From contig CAJUHN010000001.1 of assembly GCA_910585935.1 (NCBI GenBank), positions 1 to 63,661 of the forward strand: a DNA stretch of 63,661 nucleotides. The letters run 5' to 3'. This document shows positions 18,151 to 28,936 of this stretch, one piece after another. This stretch comes from an uncultured Lachnospiraceae bacterium (GTDB taxonomy: Bacteria; Bacillota; Clostridia; Lachnospirales; Lachnospiraceae). The stretch's first letter is position 1. The number at the start of each line of letters is the position of its first letter. The translations under genes were made by a program, and so were the position numbers. Below the pieces are notes generated by a model. It did not search any database and had not been told where the DNA came from. It saw nothing but the letters and a program-made list of their open reading frames with translations.

Positions 18151-18720
18151 TTATGATAGATTTTTTAATTCATCAACTACATGCTGTAAAATCGCTTGAT
18201 GTATGGTTTCTACAATTCCATATTCTTCTATTGGTACATAGATATTATAATCTCCCAACTGTTTTACATTATTATCACTCTTAAATCCGGTAAATGTGAT
18301 AGTAATTCCTTTCCTCTTTTTCATGGCTTTTATAGCATTTACAATATTAGCAGAATTTCCTGAACTGCTTATCGCCACTAATATATCTTCTTTTTCTGCC
18401 AATAATTCTAATTGTTTAGAAAATATTTCCTCGTATCCATAATCATTTCCAAAGCATGTAAGTACTGTAGAACTAAACATACTTCTAGCATGAATCTCTC
18501 CATTTTTCATGAAATCTGTTGTCATATGCTCTGCAATCCCTGCACTTCCACCATTTCCAATAAAAAATACTTGCTTGTTATCTGCCTTAGCTTTCTGAAA
18601 TATGGAAATCAATGTTCCTATTAAAATTTCGTAATCTTTTGTTATAATAGAATCTTTATGATTCAATAATTCTGTATTAGTCATAACTTCTATTAACTTT
18701 TTCTGATATTCCATATACAT
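18151..18720 (-). CDS. gmhA: SIS-domain sedoheptulose-7-phosphate isomerase (GmhA-like)
   Basis: FFIGNGGSAGIAEHMTTDF and AISSSGNSANI blocks typical of phosphoheptose isomerase. Confidence 0.7.
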   Translation of the reverse strand: MYMEYQKKLIEVMTNTELLNHKDSIITKDYEILIGTLISIFQKAKADNKQVFFIGNGGSAGIAEHMTTDFMKNGEIHARSMFSSTVLTCFGNDYGYEEIFSKQLELLAEKEDILVAISSSGNSANIVNAIKAMKKRKGITITFTGFKSDNNVKQLGDYNIYVPIEEYGIVETIHQAILQHVVDELKNLS

Positions 18721-18740
18721 GTATCTTCTATTCCTTTCTC

Positions 18741-19733
18741 TTATCCTAAATATTTAAACCAGTCTTTTGTTGCCTCTTCTATAGAATCAGGTGTCCAAAC
18801 AGGTGCAGCTCTCCAATAATCAATATTATCCAAAATTTCTTTTACGCCCTGTTCTAAAGATACTTTAGCTTTCCAATTTAATACCTTTTCAATTTTTGTT
18901 GTATCAGCAAATGTACAATCTGGTTCTCCTGGTCTTTTTGGAATATGAATTGTTTCTCCTCCTAATAGCTCGCATAAGCGATTAACAGAATATGTTCCTC
19001 CACTGCCCACATTAAAAATCTCATTTGTTATATTTGATATCGCAGCTGTATAAAAGGCATCTGCTATATCTGTCACATATGTAAAATCTCTCGTCTGTTC
19101 TCCTGTTCCCACCACAGTAAATGGTTCTCCAGCTAATTTTTGAGCCAAAAATACTCCAAATACTGCACCATAAGTCCCTGATGTACGTGACCTTGTCCCA
19201 TATACATTAAATAAACGTAAACTCACTACTGGCACACCATATACTTGTCCCCAATGTAATACTGTTTCTTCTCCTAATCTTTTTGTTAAAGCGTAAGGAT
19301 ACTGTGGCTGTATCTTAGCATCTTCATCAGTTGGAAATTTATCTGGTATTCCATAGCATGATGATGAAGCTGCATAAACAAGTTTTTTTATTCCCTCTTC
19401 TTTTGCACACTCTACCACATTATAAGTTCCTAATACATTTGTAGAATAATATTCCCATGGCTTCTGAATAGATGGCACGATATCTGCCAATGCTGCCATA
19501 TGAAACACATAATCTACACCGCAAAAAATATCCCTAATTTCTGTTTTATTTCTTATATCTAATTGATATATAGTAAGATTATTATTATCTTTATGATGTT
19601 TCAAATTTTCTGGTCTTCCTGTTGTAAAATTGTCAATTACACGGACTGTATGCCCCTCTGCTAATAATCTATCCACAATATGAGAACCTATAAAACCACA
19701 TCCACCTGTCACTAATGAAATCATTCTACTCAT
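18741..19733 (-). CDS. NAD-dependent nucleotide-sugar epimerase/dehydratase (extended SDR, UXS/RmlB-like)
   Basis: VTGGCGFIGSH and YALTKRLGE (YxxxK). Confidence 0.75.
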   Translation of the reverse strand: MSRMISLVTGGCGFIGSHIVDRLLAEGHTVRVIDNFTTGRPENLKHHKDNNNLTIYQLDIRNKTEIRDIFCGVDYVFHMAALADIVPSIQKPWEYYSTNVLGTYNVVECAKEEGIKKLVYAASSSCYGIPDKFPTDEDAKIQPQYPYALTKRLGEETVLHWGQVYGVPVVSLRLFNVYGTRSRTSGTYGAVFGVFLAQKLAGEPFTVVGTGEQTRDFTYVTDIADAFYTAAISNITNEIFNVGSGGTYSVNRLCELLGGETIHIPKRPGEPDCTFADTTKIEKVLNWKAKVSLEQGVKEILDNIDYWRAAPVWTPDSIEEATKDWFKYLG

Positions 19734-19748
19734 TTCCTTTCTAATATA

Positions 19749-21272
19749 TTAAATATTTAATAGTGTACTTGCATACTTTAATACATTTACCTTTTCTACC
19801 GCTTCCTTATTGCCAACAATATTTGTAGCTAATGCACCTGCTATATTTCCCATAAACAGTCCTATTTCTATAGAAGCTCCTGCTGCTACAAATAAACTAG
19901 CTACAGAGAAAAATGCATCTCCTGCTCCAATCGTATCTTTTACTTTTAAAGTAAAAGCTGGACACGAAACGATCTCTTCATTTTCTACAGACATTGCTCC
20001 TTTAGAACCTCTTGTGAGTAGACCCTTTCCAGAAAAATGTTTCGCTAAACGAATAAATGCTTCTTTTTCTGTCTGTTCATAATCAGAAAATGCTAATTTC
20101 AATTCCTTTTGGTCTAAGGTAAAGATATCTGCTCTTTTATATTTTGTAATTAAATTTGTTCCATAATTAGAAGAATTTGTTTGACAGTTTAAAGCGAGAA
20201 ACTTTGCTTTACTTTCTATTAGTTGCATCACTTCTTTATCTATTAGTCCATGTCCAAAATCGCATAATATCACTGCATCATATTCTTCTATTTTCTCTCT
20301 TAATTTGATTTTAAATTTTTCCATAGAAGAATCATCTATTTTCATAGGGGAAGTTAGGTTATTTATTACAAATATTTTATCTATCTCTTCTCTTTTTTCA
20401 TTTTGAGAGATAAATCTCTTTTTTATAATAGTGCTGAATTCTTCACTATATTCCATATCCACTCTCATTTTATTGCTTAATTCATTTAAAATACGGCTGT
20501 GGATATTTTCTTCATTGCCTAAAATAGACATAATCGTAACATTATCAGAAAACGATGCTATATGCCTTGCAATTGCTAAAGAACCTCCTAGATATTCTTC
20601 TGAATTTTGATATCTAGCAGAATATCCCAAATCCTTTGACATAGTTCCCTGTACATTACAAAAAACATATTCATCAATAATCGCATCACCTATTACAAGA
20701 ACCTTCATATTTTTTATTTTTTCTATGTATTCTTTGATATGCTCTAATGTTGCCTTTTTCTTGAAATTAAATATAAAACTCTTTACTTCTTCTGATAAAG
20801 CAGGAAATATATTATTAATTATTTTTGTAGAACTAAATACTAAACCAGATGTATAGTAAACTTCTCCGCCATGTTTACGAACTAACTCTACCTCCTCCTC
20901 TATTTTACCTGTTATATCATTATTTTTATTTTCATATTCTTTTCCTTTTACATAAATATTAGGCTCTACTATTTCTATGATATCATCTGCAGTATAACAT
21001 TCAGATAATATCACATAGTCAATATATTCTATAGAAGATAAAACTTTTAGCCTTAATTCATCATTAAAATATGGTCTTCCCGGTCCTTTACGCACATATT
21101 TAGCTGCTGTCACAGAAACTACAAGAATATCCCCTAATTTTTTTGCCTCTTCAAAATGTATGATATGACCTGGGTGCACTAAATCATAGACTCCATGACA
21201 AAGCACTACCTTTTTATCTGTAAAACTTTCTTTTAATTTTAAATAATCTTCCTTGGTTATAATCGTTCCCAT
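19749..21272 (-). CDS. Bifunctional nucleotidyltransferase (N-terminal, HxGH cytidylyltransferase-like) plus PfkB sugar kinase (C-terminal); HldE-like with reversed domain order
   Basis: The N-terminus has VVLCHGVYDLVHPGHIIHFEEAKKLGD. The C-terminus has the PfkB signature DTIGAGDAFFSV. Confidence 0.75.
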   Translation of the reverse strand: MGTIITKEDYLKLKESFTDKKVVLCHGVYDLVHPGHIIHFEEAKKLGDILVVSVTAAKYVRKGPGRPYFNDELRLKVLSSIEYIDYVILSECYTADDIIEIVEPNIYVKGKEYENKNNDITGKIEEEVELVRKHGGEVYYTSGLVFSSTKIINNIFPALSEEVKSFIFNFKKKATLEHIKEYIEKIKNMKVLVIGDAIIDEYVFCNVQGTMSKDLGYSARYQNSEEYLGGSLAIARHIASFSDNVTIMSILGNEENIHSRILNELSNKMRVDMEYSEEFSTIIKKRFISQNEKREEIDKIFVINNLTSPMKIDDSSMEKFKIKLREKIEEYDAVILCDFGHGLIDKEVMQLIESKAKFLALNCQTNSSNYGTNLITKYKRADIFTLDQKELKLAFSDYEQTEKEAFIRLAKHFSGKGLLTRGSKGAMSVENEEIVSCPAFTLKVKDTIGAGDAFFSVASLFVAAGASIEIGLFMGNIAGALATNIVGNKEAVEKVNVLKYASTLLNI

Positions 21273-21352
21273 TTATTCTCTCCTAAATGCAAAATATAAA
21301 TATTTGAATTTACAATATGGCAGTGCTGCCCTCTCATTTTTTTATTATCATA

Positions 21353-22414
21353 TTAAATAAAATTTACATGATCCCCTGGATGAATCAATTCATCTAAGTA
21401 TTTATTCATTTCATCTAATCTACATAACTCTCTACAATTTTTCTCTAAATCCATATCTGCAAAAATCTTATTAATTTTCTTTCTATGTTCTCCTTCCCAT
21501 ATTTCTACAAAGCTTTCTTTATTTATATTTCCATAACTCAATTCCTCGTTCCCCATAAACACAATACAAGGCCATAAATTTCCCTTTGAATCTATATAGA
21601 CCATAAATGGTAATGCCAAACATTGTTTATATGCTCTTTTACAAGATAATTTTTCCATAGAATGAGTTCTAAAATATATTTTAAAATCTTCTGTTTCTAA
21701 TTCTTTCACTTCTTTTTCTAATCCAATTAACTCATTATAATCAATCTTTAAAATCTGCTGGCTTTGTGGATGTTGAGAAAAAGGTTTAATTGTAAAATAA
21801 TCGATTCCTATTTCTCTCAACCTTTTTGCCATTTCTATTATTTCATCTTTATTATCAGGAAGAAGTAATAATTGTACTCCTATAGTCGTGGATAAAGAAT
21901 TATCTTTTTTTATTCTAACAGCCGCCTGCATATTTGTTAAAACTTTTTGTAAATCTCCCTTTTTTCCTCTTTGAATTTTATTAAAATTCTCTTCTGTTAT
22001 CGCTGCTGTACTGAATCTTATCCATGTTAAGGATTTTAAACATTCTTTTGATACTTCAGGTGTTAATAAAACTCCATTTGTAGACACTGCTACATCTATT
22101 CCCAATTCTTTTGTTTTATTAATAATTTCTGGAGCATCTTTATGTAATAAAGGTTCTCCTTCTCCTGCATAAATAATGCTTTTTACTCCTTTTTTTGATA
22201 TTTCTTCTAAATTTCTAATTAATACTTCTTTATCCATTATAGTTGGTTTATATCCTGTATAATCTACTGCACAAAAGATACAGCGATGATTACAAGCATT
22301 CGTCAGCCCAATTTCTAATTCAATGGGATAAATATTTTCTCCACTTTTCCATCTACTTACTATTTCTGGATGAAATATTAATTTATGAGAATCTATTTTT
22401 ATTTTATCACTCAT
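21353..22414 (-). CDS. Radical SAM enzyme, paralogue 3
   Basis: CNHRCIFC, AGEGEP and a C-terminal Cys-rich region. The tail is HVNFI. It overlaps the upstream gene by 8 nt. Confidence 0.8.
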   Translation of the reverse strand: MSDKIKIDSHKLIFHPEIVSRWKSGENIYPIELEIGLTNACNHRCIFCAVDYTGYKPTIMDKEVLIRNLEEISKKGVKSIIYAGEGEPLLHKDAPEIINKTKELGIDVAVSTNGVLLTPEVSKECLKSLTWIRFSTAAITEENFNKIQRGKKGDLQKVLTNMQAAVRIKKDNSLSTTIGVQLLLLPDNKDEIIEMAKRLREIGIDYFTIKPFSQHPQSQQILKIDYNELIGLEKEVKELETEDFKIYFRTHSMEKLSCKRAYKQCLALPFMVYIDSKGNLWPCIVFMGNEELSYGNINKESFVEIWEGEHRKKINKIFADMDLEKNCRELCRLDEMNKYLDELIHPGDHVNFI

Positions 22415-24476
22415 TTTCTTCTACTCCTTCTGCTAGTTTATCTAAAACTCTCTCCATTAATCCTCTAAATGTCATTTTCTCTAAAGCAATTTTTCTTCCT
22501 CTTTCTATCATTATTTGTCTTTCTTCTTCATGTGATAAATAATAATCTACTTTATCTAGTAAATCTTCTCTATTCCTAAAACAAACAACATCTTCCCCTA
22601 ATGTAAGAATTTTTCTTATATCCGTTACATCTGCATCCGTAGGAATAAAATTACTCATATAAAATCCTCCGCTTAACATACATTCCCAAGCCCGCGCTGC
22701 TGAAGTTGTCATTATATTATTCCCTATATTTATTTTAGAAGCTTGATATATTTTTGATAATGTTTTTCCATTTTCTGCTGGTCCCATCGCATATTTAGAA
22801 TATTTAGGGTCTTTTAGCCAACCATTTCCCCATAATTTAAGATTTGTATAGCCAGCTTCTATCAGCCAATCTACAACTGTGGTGCGGAATAACCTTTGAT
22901 TGAAAACTTCAAACATTTCGTTTGCCACATAGTCTATAATTTTTTCTCTTCCTGTCCCTAAATCATCAAAGCTCTCTTTTACATATTCTGTAAATTCATC
23001 CTGTGTATATAAAAATTTACTTGTTTTTTTTACATATTCTTTATATACTAAAAGTATTTGTTTCACTAAATTCTGTATTTGTCGTTCTTGAAATTTATTA
23101 GGAAATTCGCTAATAAAATCTTCTGTATCGGCTCCATGACATACAAAACAAATGTCTGCACTATATTTATTTTTCTCTTCTTGTGTTAATTCATATGGTT
23201 TATAGATCTTTTCATTTGCTGGTATAGGAGCATCCATCATTTTGCAATATTTTCCATACCCTAATTCTTGGACTTTATCCCATGTAATAAAATGATTTAA
23301 TACTAAATCATTACTATTCAGTTTTTTAGGAGTATTTTCATCAAGAATATTTGGTAAAAGGTCTTGAATCCATGTTACAAAAAAAACTTCATCTGGTGCA
23401 AAACAATGTTCAAATCTAAAATGATCTAGTATAAATATTATATCAGGCTTTAATTCACTTATATTTTGGTAACATAATACACCAGGGATTTCATATATAT
23501 CCTTCTCTTCTAATAAAACTCTAGCTTCTAATCCCATCTCTTTTATAGCCTCAAGACAATTTTTAGTATGATATTGTAAAACGGTAGTAAATCGACTTGT
23601 TAAAAATAAAATTTTAGGCTTTTTATTTTTAATGTTATACTTAATTAATTTATTTCCTGAATAATAAGTATCTATCTCATTCTTATACTTATAAAAATCT
23701 CTTTTTCTTTCGTTATTTATTTTTATAAAAGTATTTTTAAAGGATATATCCTTACTAATTATGTAATCTGGCAAAATAGCCTGATAATTACTGAAAAACT
23801 TTAGATTCATATCATTGCCAATAATAAAAACTACCCTTCCCGATAAAAATAATTGTTCAAACTCCTCAAATTCTATTAAAAATTCCATTAAACTTTGTTG
23901 TTCATAATAAATATATAATGGAGTTTTGCTTGTTAAAAGTATTCTATTGAAAGCTTTTTTTTCTATTTCTATTAAAAGCCTTATATTAATATTATTATGT
24001 ATATATATAACTCCTTCTTCATCAAAACCATTTACTTCTTTTTCTAAATAGTTATAATTGAATTTATTATTACAATAATATACTATAAAATTCTTATCTC
24101 TCCAAATTAATAAAAAGTCTAAATCTGAAAATTCTCGTAGCTCTGAACCAATAAAGTATTCATATTTTAATATAGATTTCCTATTATGCTCATATATTTT
24201 TCTATAATTCTCTTTATTAGGGAGATAATAACACTCCCAAATCAACTGCTCTGCTATTTTATTATTATTTTCATTAACACATTCAATAAAACTAATAATT
24301 GCATCTTGATAATCTTCATTTCTAAATTGCATTTTTCCTATCTCAAAAAGTATTTCATATTTTTCTTCTTTATAAATTACTAAACAATCCTTTAAAATAT
24401 CTAGCCCCTTTTTATATTCTCCTTGTTCTTCTAAATCTATCGCATTATTAATAGAAATATTTAATTTATTCTTCAT
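22407..24476 (-). CDS. Large TPR-like N-terminal / CgeB-type glycosyltransferase-like C-terminal protein
   Basis: 689 aa. The N-terminus has helical repeats. The C-terminal 250 aa resemble the spore-maturation CgeB/DUF3880-type GT fold; this was judged by eye only. Confidence 0.45.
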   Translation of the reverse strand: MKNKLNISINNAIDLEEQGEYKKGLDILKDCLVIYKEEKYEILFEIGKMQFRNEDYQDAIISFIECVNENNNKIAEQLIWECYYLPNKENYRKIYEHNRKSILKYEYFIGSELREFSDLDFLLIWRDKNFIVYYCNNKFNYNYLEKEVNGFDEEGVIYIHNNINIRLLIEIEKKAFNRILLTSKTPLYIYYEQQSLMEFLIEFEEFEQLFLSGRVVFIIGNDMNLKFFSNYQAILPDYIISKDISFKNTFIKINNERKRDFYKYKNEIDTYYSGNKLIKYNIKNKKPKILFLTSRFTTVLQYHTKNCLEAIKEMGLEARVLLEEKDIYEIPGVLCYQNISELKPDIIFILDHFRFEHCFAPDEVFFVTWIQDLLPNILDENTPKKLNSNDLVLNHFITWDKVQELGYGKYCKMMDAPIPANEKIYKPYELTQEEKNKYSADICFVCHGADTEDFISEFPNKFQERQIQNLVKQILLVYKEYVKKTSKFLYTQDEFTEYVKESFDDLGTGREKIIDYVANEMFEVFNQRLFRTTVVDWLIEAGYTNLKLWGNGWLKDPKYSKYAMGPAENGKTLSKIYQASKINIGNNIMTTSAARAWECMLSGGFYMSNFIPTDADVTDIRKILTLGEDVVCFRNREDLLDKVDYYLSHEEERQIMIERGRKIALEKMTFRGLMERVLDKLAEGVEENE

Positions 24477-24583
24477 CCTCTATTTTCCTTATATTCTAAA
24501 AATATTTTATAGTTTAAGTTTAATACTACTTTAAAAACTTTTAAAGCTAAAAATAGCATTTTAGTTTCTCTTTAAAAAGCTTT

Positions 24584-25762
24584 CTAATCATTTTTTATTT
24601 TAAATTCCACATCATAAAACTGCTTTTTTAATTCTATTCCTTCTATGTATAAAAATCTCTTTATTGTTTCGACAATTAATTTTGATGTATCTTTCCCTTT
24701 ATATGGATTCTGATCTATCTTAATATTATTTTTAAATTCTTCTCTTCTCGCCATTTTTATCTGTCTAATAATGGCTTCCTTCTCAGGCTCACAGTTTAAA
24801 ATACTATTAGCCTGTAATCGCCCTTTTTGTCTATCTCCAATATTAATGGTAGGAATCCCAAATGCTGGCACTTCCACAATTCCACTAGAAGAATTTCCTA
24901 TCACAAATTCAGAATATTGAACAGCCGATAAATATCTCAGTAACCCTAAAGAATAATATGATTTACAATTTTTATTTTTTTCTACAAACTCATCTATTCT
25001 GTCATTGATTTCTTTTCCTTCTGTATCTGCATTTGACTTTGTAATAATAAAATTCATATCTTCTGTCGCTTTTAATGCATTTAATAACTCCTCTAATTGT
25101 TTTAAAGCGCTTGCTTTTTCTAAAGTAACAGGATGAAAAGTAACCACTCCATATGGATTATCCAAACAAAATCCTATCTCCTGCTCCAATTCTGATTTAC
25201 CCATCAATTTCATATTGCAGATATTTTCTACTCCCACATCTCCAAAATTAAACACTCTGCTCGGTTCTTCTCCTAATTGAATCACTCGTTTTCGATATGC
25301 TTCACAACTTACAAAATGTAAATAACTCATTTTTGTGACGCAATGTCGAATCGTATCATCAATCACACCTTCTGTAATCTCGCCTCCTGATATATGAGAA
25401 ATAGGTATTTGTTCATTCATAGCACAAGCACAGATCGGCAGCAGTTCATATCTATCTCCTAATACTACTAACATATCCGGTTTACAGTTTTTGAAAAAAT
25501 CAGAGAACTTATAAAAAGCTTTTGCCATAGTCTTAGAAGCAGATATTCCTCCTTCCTCTTCTACTAAAATATCTATCTCTGCAGAAATAGGCAATTTATC
25601 TTCTCTAATTTCTGTCACAGTATATCCGAAGTCTTTGGATAAATGTGTTCCTGTCGCCACTAATACTAATTTTAATTCTTCATCTTTTTCTATTAACTTT
25701 ATTATATTTTTTAATAGTCCATATTCTGCTCTTGTCGCTGTTACTACACATACTGTTTTCAT
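24584..25762 (-). CDS. Hydrolysing UDP/GDP-N-acetylhexosamine 2-epimerase (NeuC/LegG-like)
   Basis: VVTATRAEYGLL, GDRYELL and HISGGEITEG blocks. Confidence 0.8.
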   Translation of the reverse strand: MKTVCVVTATRAEYGLLKNIIKLIEKDEELKLVLVATGTHLSKDFGYTVTEIREDKLPISAEIDILVEEEGGISASKTMAKAFYKFSDFFKNCKPDMLVVLGDRYELLPICACAMNEQIPISHISGGEITEGVIDDTIRHCVTKMSYLHFVSCEAYRKRVIQLGEEPSRVFNFGDVGVENICNMKLMGKSELEQEIGFCLDNPYGVVTFHPVTLEKASALKQLEELLNALKATEDMNFIITKSNADTEGKEINDRIDEFVEKNKNCKSYYSLGLLRYLSAVQYSEFVIGNSSSGIVEVPAFGIPTINIGDRQKGRLQANSILNCEPEKEAIIRQIKMARREEFKNNIKIDQNPYKGKDTSKLIVETIKRFLYIEGIELKKQFYDVEFKIKND

Positions 25763-26763
25763 AATACGATTAACTCATCTTTCTTAAAATCTTTTACCGC
25801 TTCTTTTCCAATCACTTCATACCATTTCATCGGGCTGATGCCATTTCCCGGTCTTTTTATATATAACTTATCTTCTGTTAATATTTCTCCCTTTTTTATA
25901 TCACAATTTGCTACTATACTCTTCCTTGCTATTATAATATTTTTTTGTTCTGATTCGCTAGGGCATTTTTTTCCATTTCCCATCGCTCTCTCTATATTTC
26001 TGATAACTGTTACCATTTCTTTTAATTCTTCTGGCTCTAAACTCGCTTTATGGTCTGGACCTTCCATATTTTTATCTAATGTAAAATGTTTTTCTATCAC
26101 ACATGCTCCCATTGCGACAGCGGCAATAGGGACTTCTATTCCTATAGTATGATCAGAATATCCCACTTCCAAATGACATTCCTCTTTTATCGTTTTCATC
26201 GCATTCAAATTTACATCACAAAAGGGAGTAGGATATTCTGTATTACAATGAAGTAAAGTGACTTTTCCCGCACCATTTTCTTTTAATATTTCTAATGTCT
26301 CTTTTATTTCCTCCATTTGGCACATGCCTGTAGACATTATAACGTCTTTTCCTGTTTTTGCTATCTTTATTAAATATGGCAAATTTGTTATCTCTCCCGA
26401 TGGGATTTTCCAAAATGGGATATCTATACTCTGTAGAAACTCTATGCTATCTAAGTCAAAAGGGGTAGATAAAAAAAGTATCTTTTTTTCATCACAATAT
26501 TCTTTTATTTTTCTAAACTCATCAAAAGATAATTCTAACTTTTTTACCATTTCAAACTGTGTTTCCTCTGCGTTAGTATTTTCTTTTTGATACTCCGCTT
26601 TTTCTGCAAATTTGGAAATCACATTTTCTGTGATAAAGGTTTGAAACTTCACACAATCTGCTCCCGCTTCTACTGCTTTATCCACTAATTTCAATGCATT
26701 TTCATAACTTCCATTGTGATTATCCCCTGCTTCTGCTATAATAAAAACTCTTTTCTGTTCCAC
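25759..26763 (-). CDS. Nonulosonic acid synthase (NeuB/LegI/PseI family)
   Basis: FIIAEAGDNHNGS, a TIM-barrel NeuB core and a C-terminal SAF domain. It shares a 4-nt ATGA overlap with the downstream gene. Confidence 0.85.
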   Translation of the reverse strand: MEQKRVFIIAEAGDNHNGSYENALKLVDKAVEAGADCVKFQTFITENVISKFAEKAEYQKENTNAEETQFEMVKKLELSFDEFRKIKEYCDEKKILFLSTPFDLDSIEFLQSIDIPFWKIPSGEITNLPYLIKIAKTGKDVIMSTGMCQMEEIKETLEILKENGAGKVTLLHCNTEYPTPFCDVNLNAMKTIKEECHLEVGYSDHTIGIEVPIAAVAMGACVIEKHFTLDKNMEGPDHKASLEPEELKEMVTVIRNIERAMGNGKKCPSESEQKNIIIARKSIVANCDIKKGEILTEDKLYIKRPGNGISPMKWYEVIGKEAVKDFKKDELIVL

Positions 26764-26777
26764 TTTTTCGCCTCCAT

Positions 26778-27833
26778 CTATTCATATCTATATTGAATCA
26801 TAAAGGAATTGTCCACTCTAAAGTCACTCTCTCTACTTTTTCTTATTTCTAATAAAGAATTATATTTTTCTATATCAAATATATTTTTTCCGATACAAAA
26901 ATCAATCTTTCCATTTTTATGGAACTGTTTTTTAAAATGAAATAGACTATCTTCACTTCCTACACCTCCGCCAAGATGCAGCTTTTGAATCCCTTGATGA
27001 TTTGCCCATACCGCCGCCTGATATAACAGTAAATTCATAGAAGCGAGTATTTTATATTCCTCTAATGCTCCAGATAAATGATAATGCATATAATTTTTGT
27101 TATAGAAAAAAATAGCCGCACTAATGATTTTTCCTTGATAATAGGCACAAAATAATTTTGTCTGTTCTCTCATAGCAGAAAAAATATACTGAAAATACTC
27201 TTTAGAAAAGTAATAATAATTATCTGCATTATTTTTCTTCATGGTCTTTTCATAGATAGAGATAAATTCTTCTATATGTTGGTCTTCTTCTATCTGAATC
27301 GTAATTTCATTTTTTATTGCCTTCCGAATCATATTTCGATTTTTCGTATCCATATTTTTCATGATAGCTTCTTCATCTGTTGTATCCATAAAAATGGTCT
27401 TCTTTAAATGTCTTATCTCAAAGACCTCTTCCCAATGTTTATAGTTTTCAAGTAAGGGATGAAATCTCAAAAATTGAGAGATGATATGATTTTCTTTTCC
27501 ATATTTTGTGAGTTCTTCTATAAAAATTTCTAAGAACTCTCTATCTATTCTTCCTTCTTCTAAAGGTCCTCCATATCCATAAGGAGTTTCCCAATCAAAC
27601 CATGTATCTGCCTCAATACATTCTGTTAGATACTTAAATTTAGAGATATCTTTTTGTATCACTATATAACATATGCGGTTCTTATCCCTTTCAAAATAAA
27701 TTAAATATGCCTGTCCATCTTCATGAAGTTCTAAAGACTTGCTATATTGGCATAAATAATAGATATCCCAATTAGAAAAGCTCTTCACAATATCATTCCA
27801 TTGTTTTTCTTCCTCCGTTGTAATGATTATCAT
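26778..27833 (-). CDS. FemAB/Acetyltransf_6-like acyl- or aminoacyl-transferase
   Basis: 351 aa. The C-terminal block MNLLLYQAAVWANHQGIQKLHLGGG is typical of FemAB-like GNAT-fold proteins. Confidence 0.55.
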   Translation of the reverse strand: MIIITTEEEKQWNDIVKSFSNWDIYYLCQYSKSLELHEDGQAYLIYFERDKNRICYIVIQKDISKFKYLTECIEADTWFDWETPYGYGGPLEEGRIDREFLEIFIEELTKYGKENHIISQFLRFHPLLENYKHWEEVFEIRHLKKTIFMDTTDEEAIMKNMDTKNRNMIRKAIKNEITIQIEEDQHIEEFISIYEKTMKKNNADNYYYFSKEYFQYIFSAMREQTKLFCAYYQGKIISAAIFFYNKNYMHYHLSGALEEYKILASMNLLLYQAAVWANHQGIQKLHLGGGVGSEDSLFHFKKQFHKNGKIDFCIGKNIFDIEKYNSLLEIRKSRESDFRVDNSFMIQYRYE

Positions 27834-27859
27834 TTTTTCTCTTTTCTCCTATCTCTATT

Positions 27860-28906
27860 TTATATCTCTGTATAATTTTTGATAACTTTTATCATATAAT
27901 CCATTTCCTCTGTTCCATACCTGTGATCAATCGGTAAGGATAAGATATGAGTGCTTATTTCTTCACTATGTTTATCAAAAATTGATGTTTTATTTAAAAT
28001 AGGCCAATGAACAGCACAAAATATATTATGTTCTATCAAATATCTTCTAAAATTATCTCTATCTTTCATATAAATAGGCAGAGTGAAGGGAGTATCTTCT
28101 TCTTTAAATGAAAATGCATAATGTAACTGTTGCAACCTGCTATATAAATATCTAACATTCTTTTTTCTTATTTCCTGTATTTGTGATATAGAGAAAAAAG
28201 AAAGCAACCATCTAGAGAAAGAAGACATTCCCCACAGTTCTGTTTGCATATCCAATCTATGTTCTTCTTCTACAAATATTTTTCTATATAGTTCATTACA
28301 TTCTAATTTTCCCTGCAAATAAAGTGTCTTTAAAAACATCGCATTTACTTTTTCAATATTTTTTCTATCTTTTACCTTTTTTTGTATCAATTTATCCATA
28401 TGATGAGGCTCACCATATAGAACTCCTCCATCTGGAATAGGAAACCATTTTCTCAAACTGCAAATACAATAATCCCCTATCATACAACTTTTAGAAAATA
28501 TACTATGTGTGGTATCTTCAATAATAATGAAATTATATTTTCTTTTCCATTCTAAAATTTTATCTCTTTTGATGCTATCCATTAAACTCCCAAAATATTG
28601 TACAATATATAATATCTTTATCTCACTTGATAGTTTTTCTTCTATATCTTTTATATCTATAGTGAAATCTGTATTTATTTGATAAGATTTTATTTCATAA
28701 TCTTTTTCAAAACAATCTATAACCGAATCACAGATATAATTTGGCATTAATACTTTACCCTTTGGTAAACTTTCTAATAATAATTGTAATGCTCCTCTGC
28801 CACTATCCATAAAAATGGATTCTTTTTCTATTAAATAGGTATATAAATTATCCTGTATATATTCTAACCGATTCAGATCTAAGTTATATTCACTACCAAG
28901 TTCCAT
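27860..28906 (-). CDS. DegT/DnrJ/EryC1-like PLP-dependent enzyme (second copy, divergent)
   Basis: GDYCICSLRKWFPIPDGG matches the GD..S..K....GG PLP-lysine block. Confidence 0.55.
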   Translation of the reverse strand: MELGSEYNLDLNRLEYIQDNLYTYLIEKESIFMDSGRGALQLLLESLPKGKVLMPNYICDSVIDCFEKDYEIKSYQINTDFTIDIKDIEEKLSSEIKILYIVQYFGSLMDSIKRDKILEWKRKYNFIIIEDTTHSIFSKSCMIGDYCICSLRKWFPIPDGGVLYGEPHHMDKLIQKKVKDRKNIEKVNAMFLKTLYLQGKLECNELYRKIFVEEEHRLDMQTELWGMSSFSRWLLSFFSISQIQEIRKKNVRYLYSRLQQLHYAFSFKEEDTPFTLPIYMKDRDNFRRYLIEHNIFCAVHWPILNKTSIFDKHSEEISTHILSLPIDHRYGTEEMDYMIKVIKNYTEI

Positions 28907-28936
28907 TCTCCATTCTCTCCATCTATTAAATATTTA

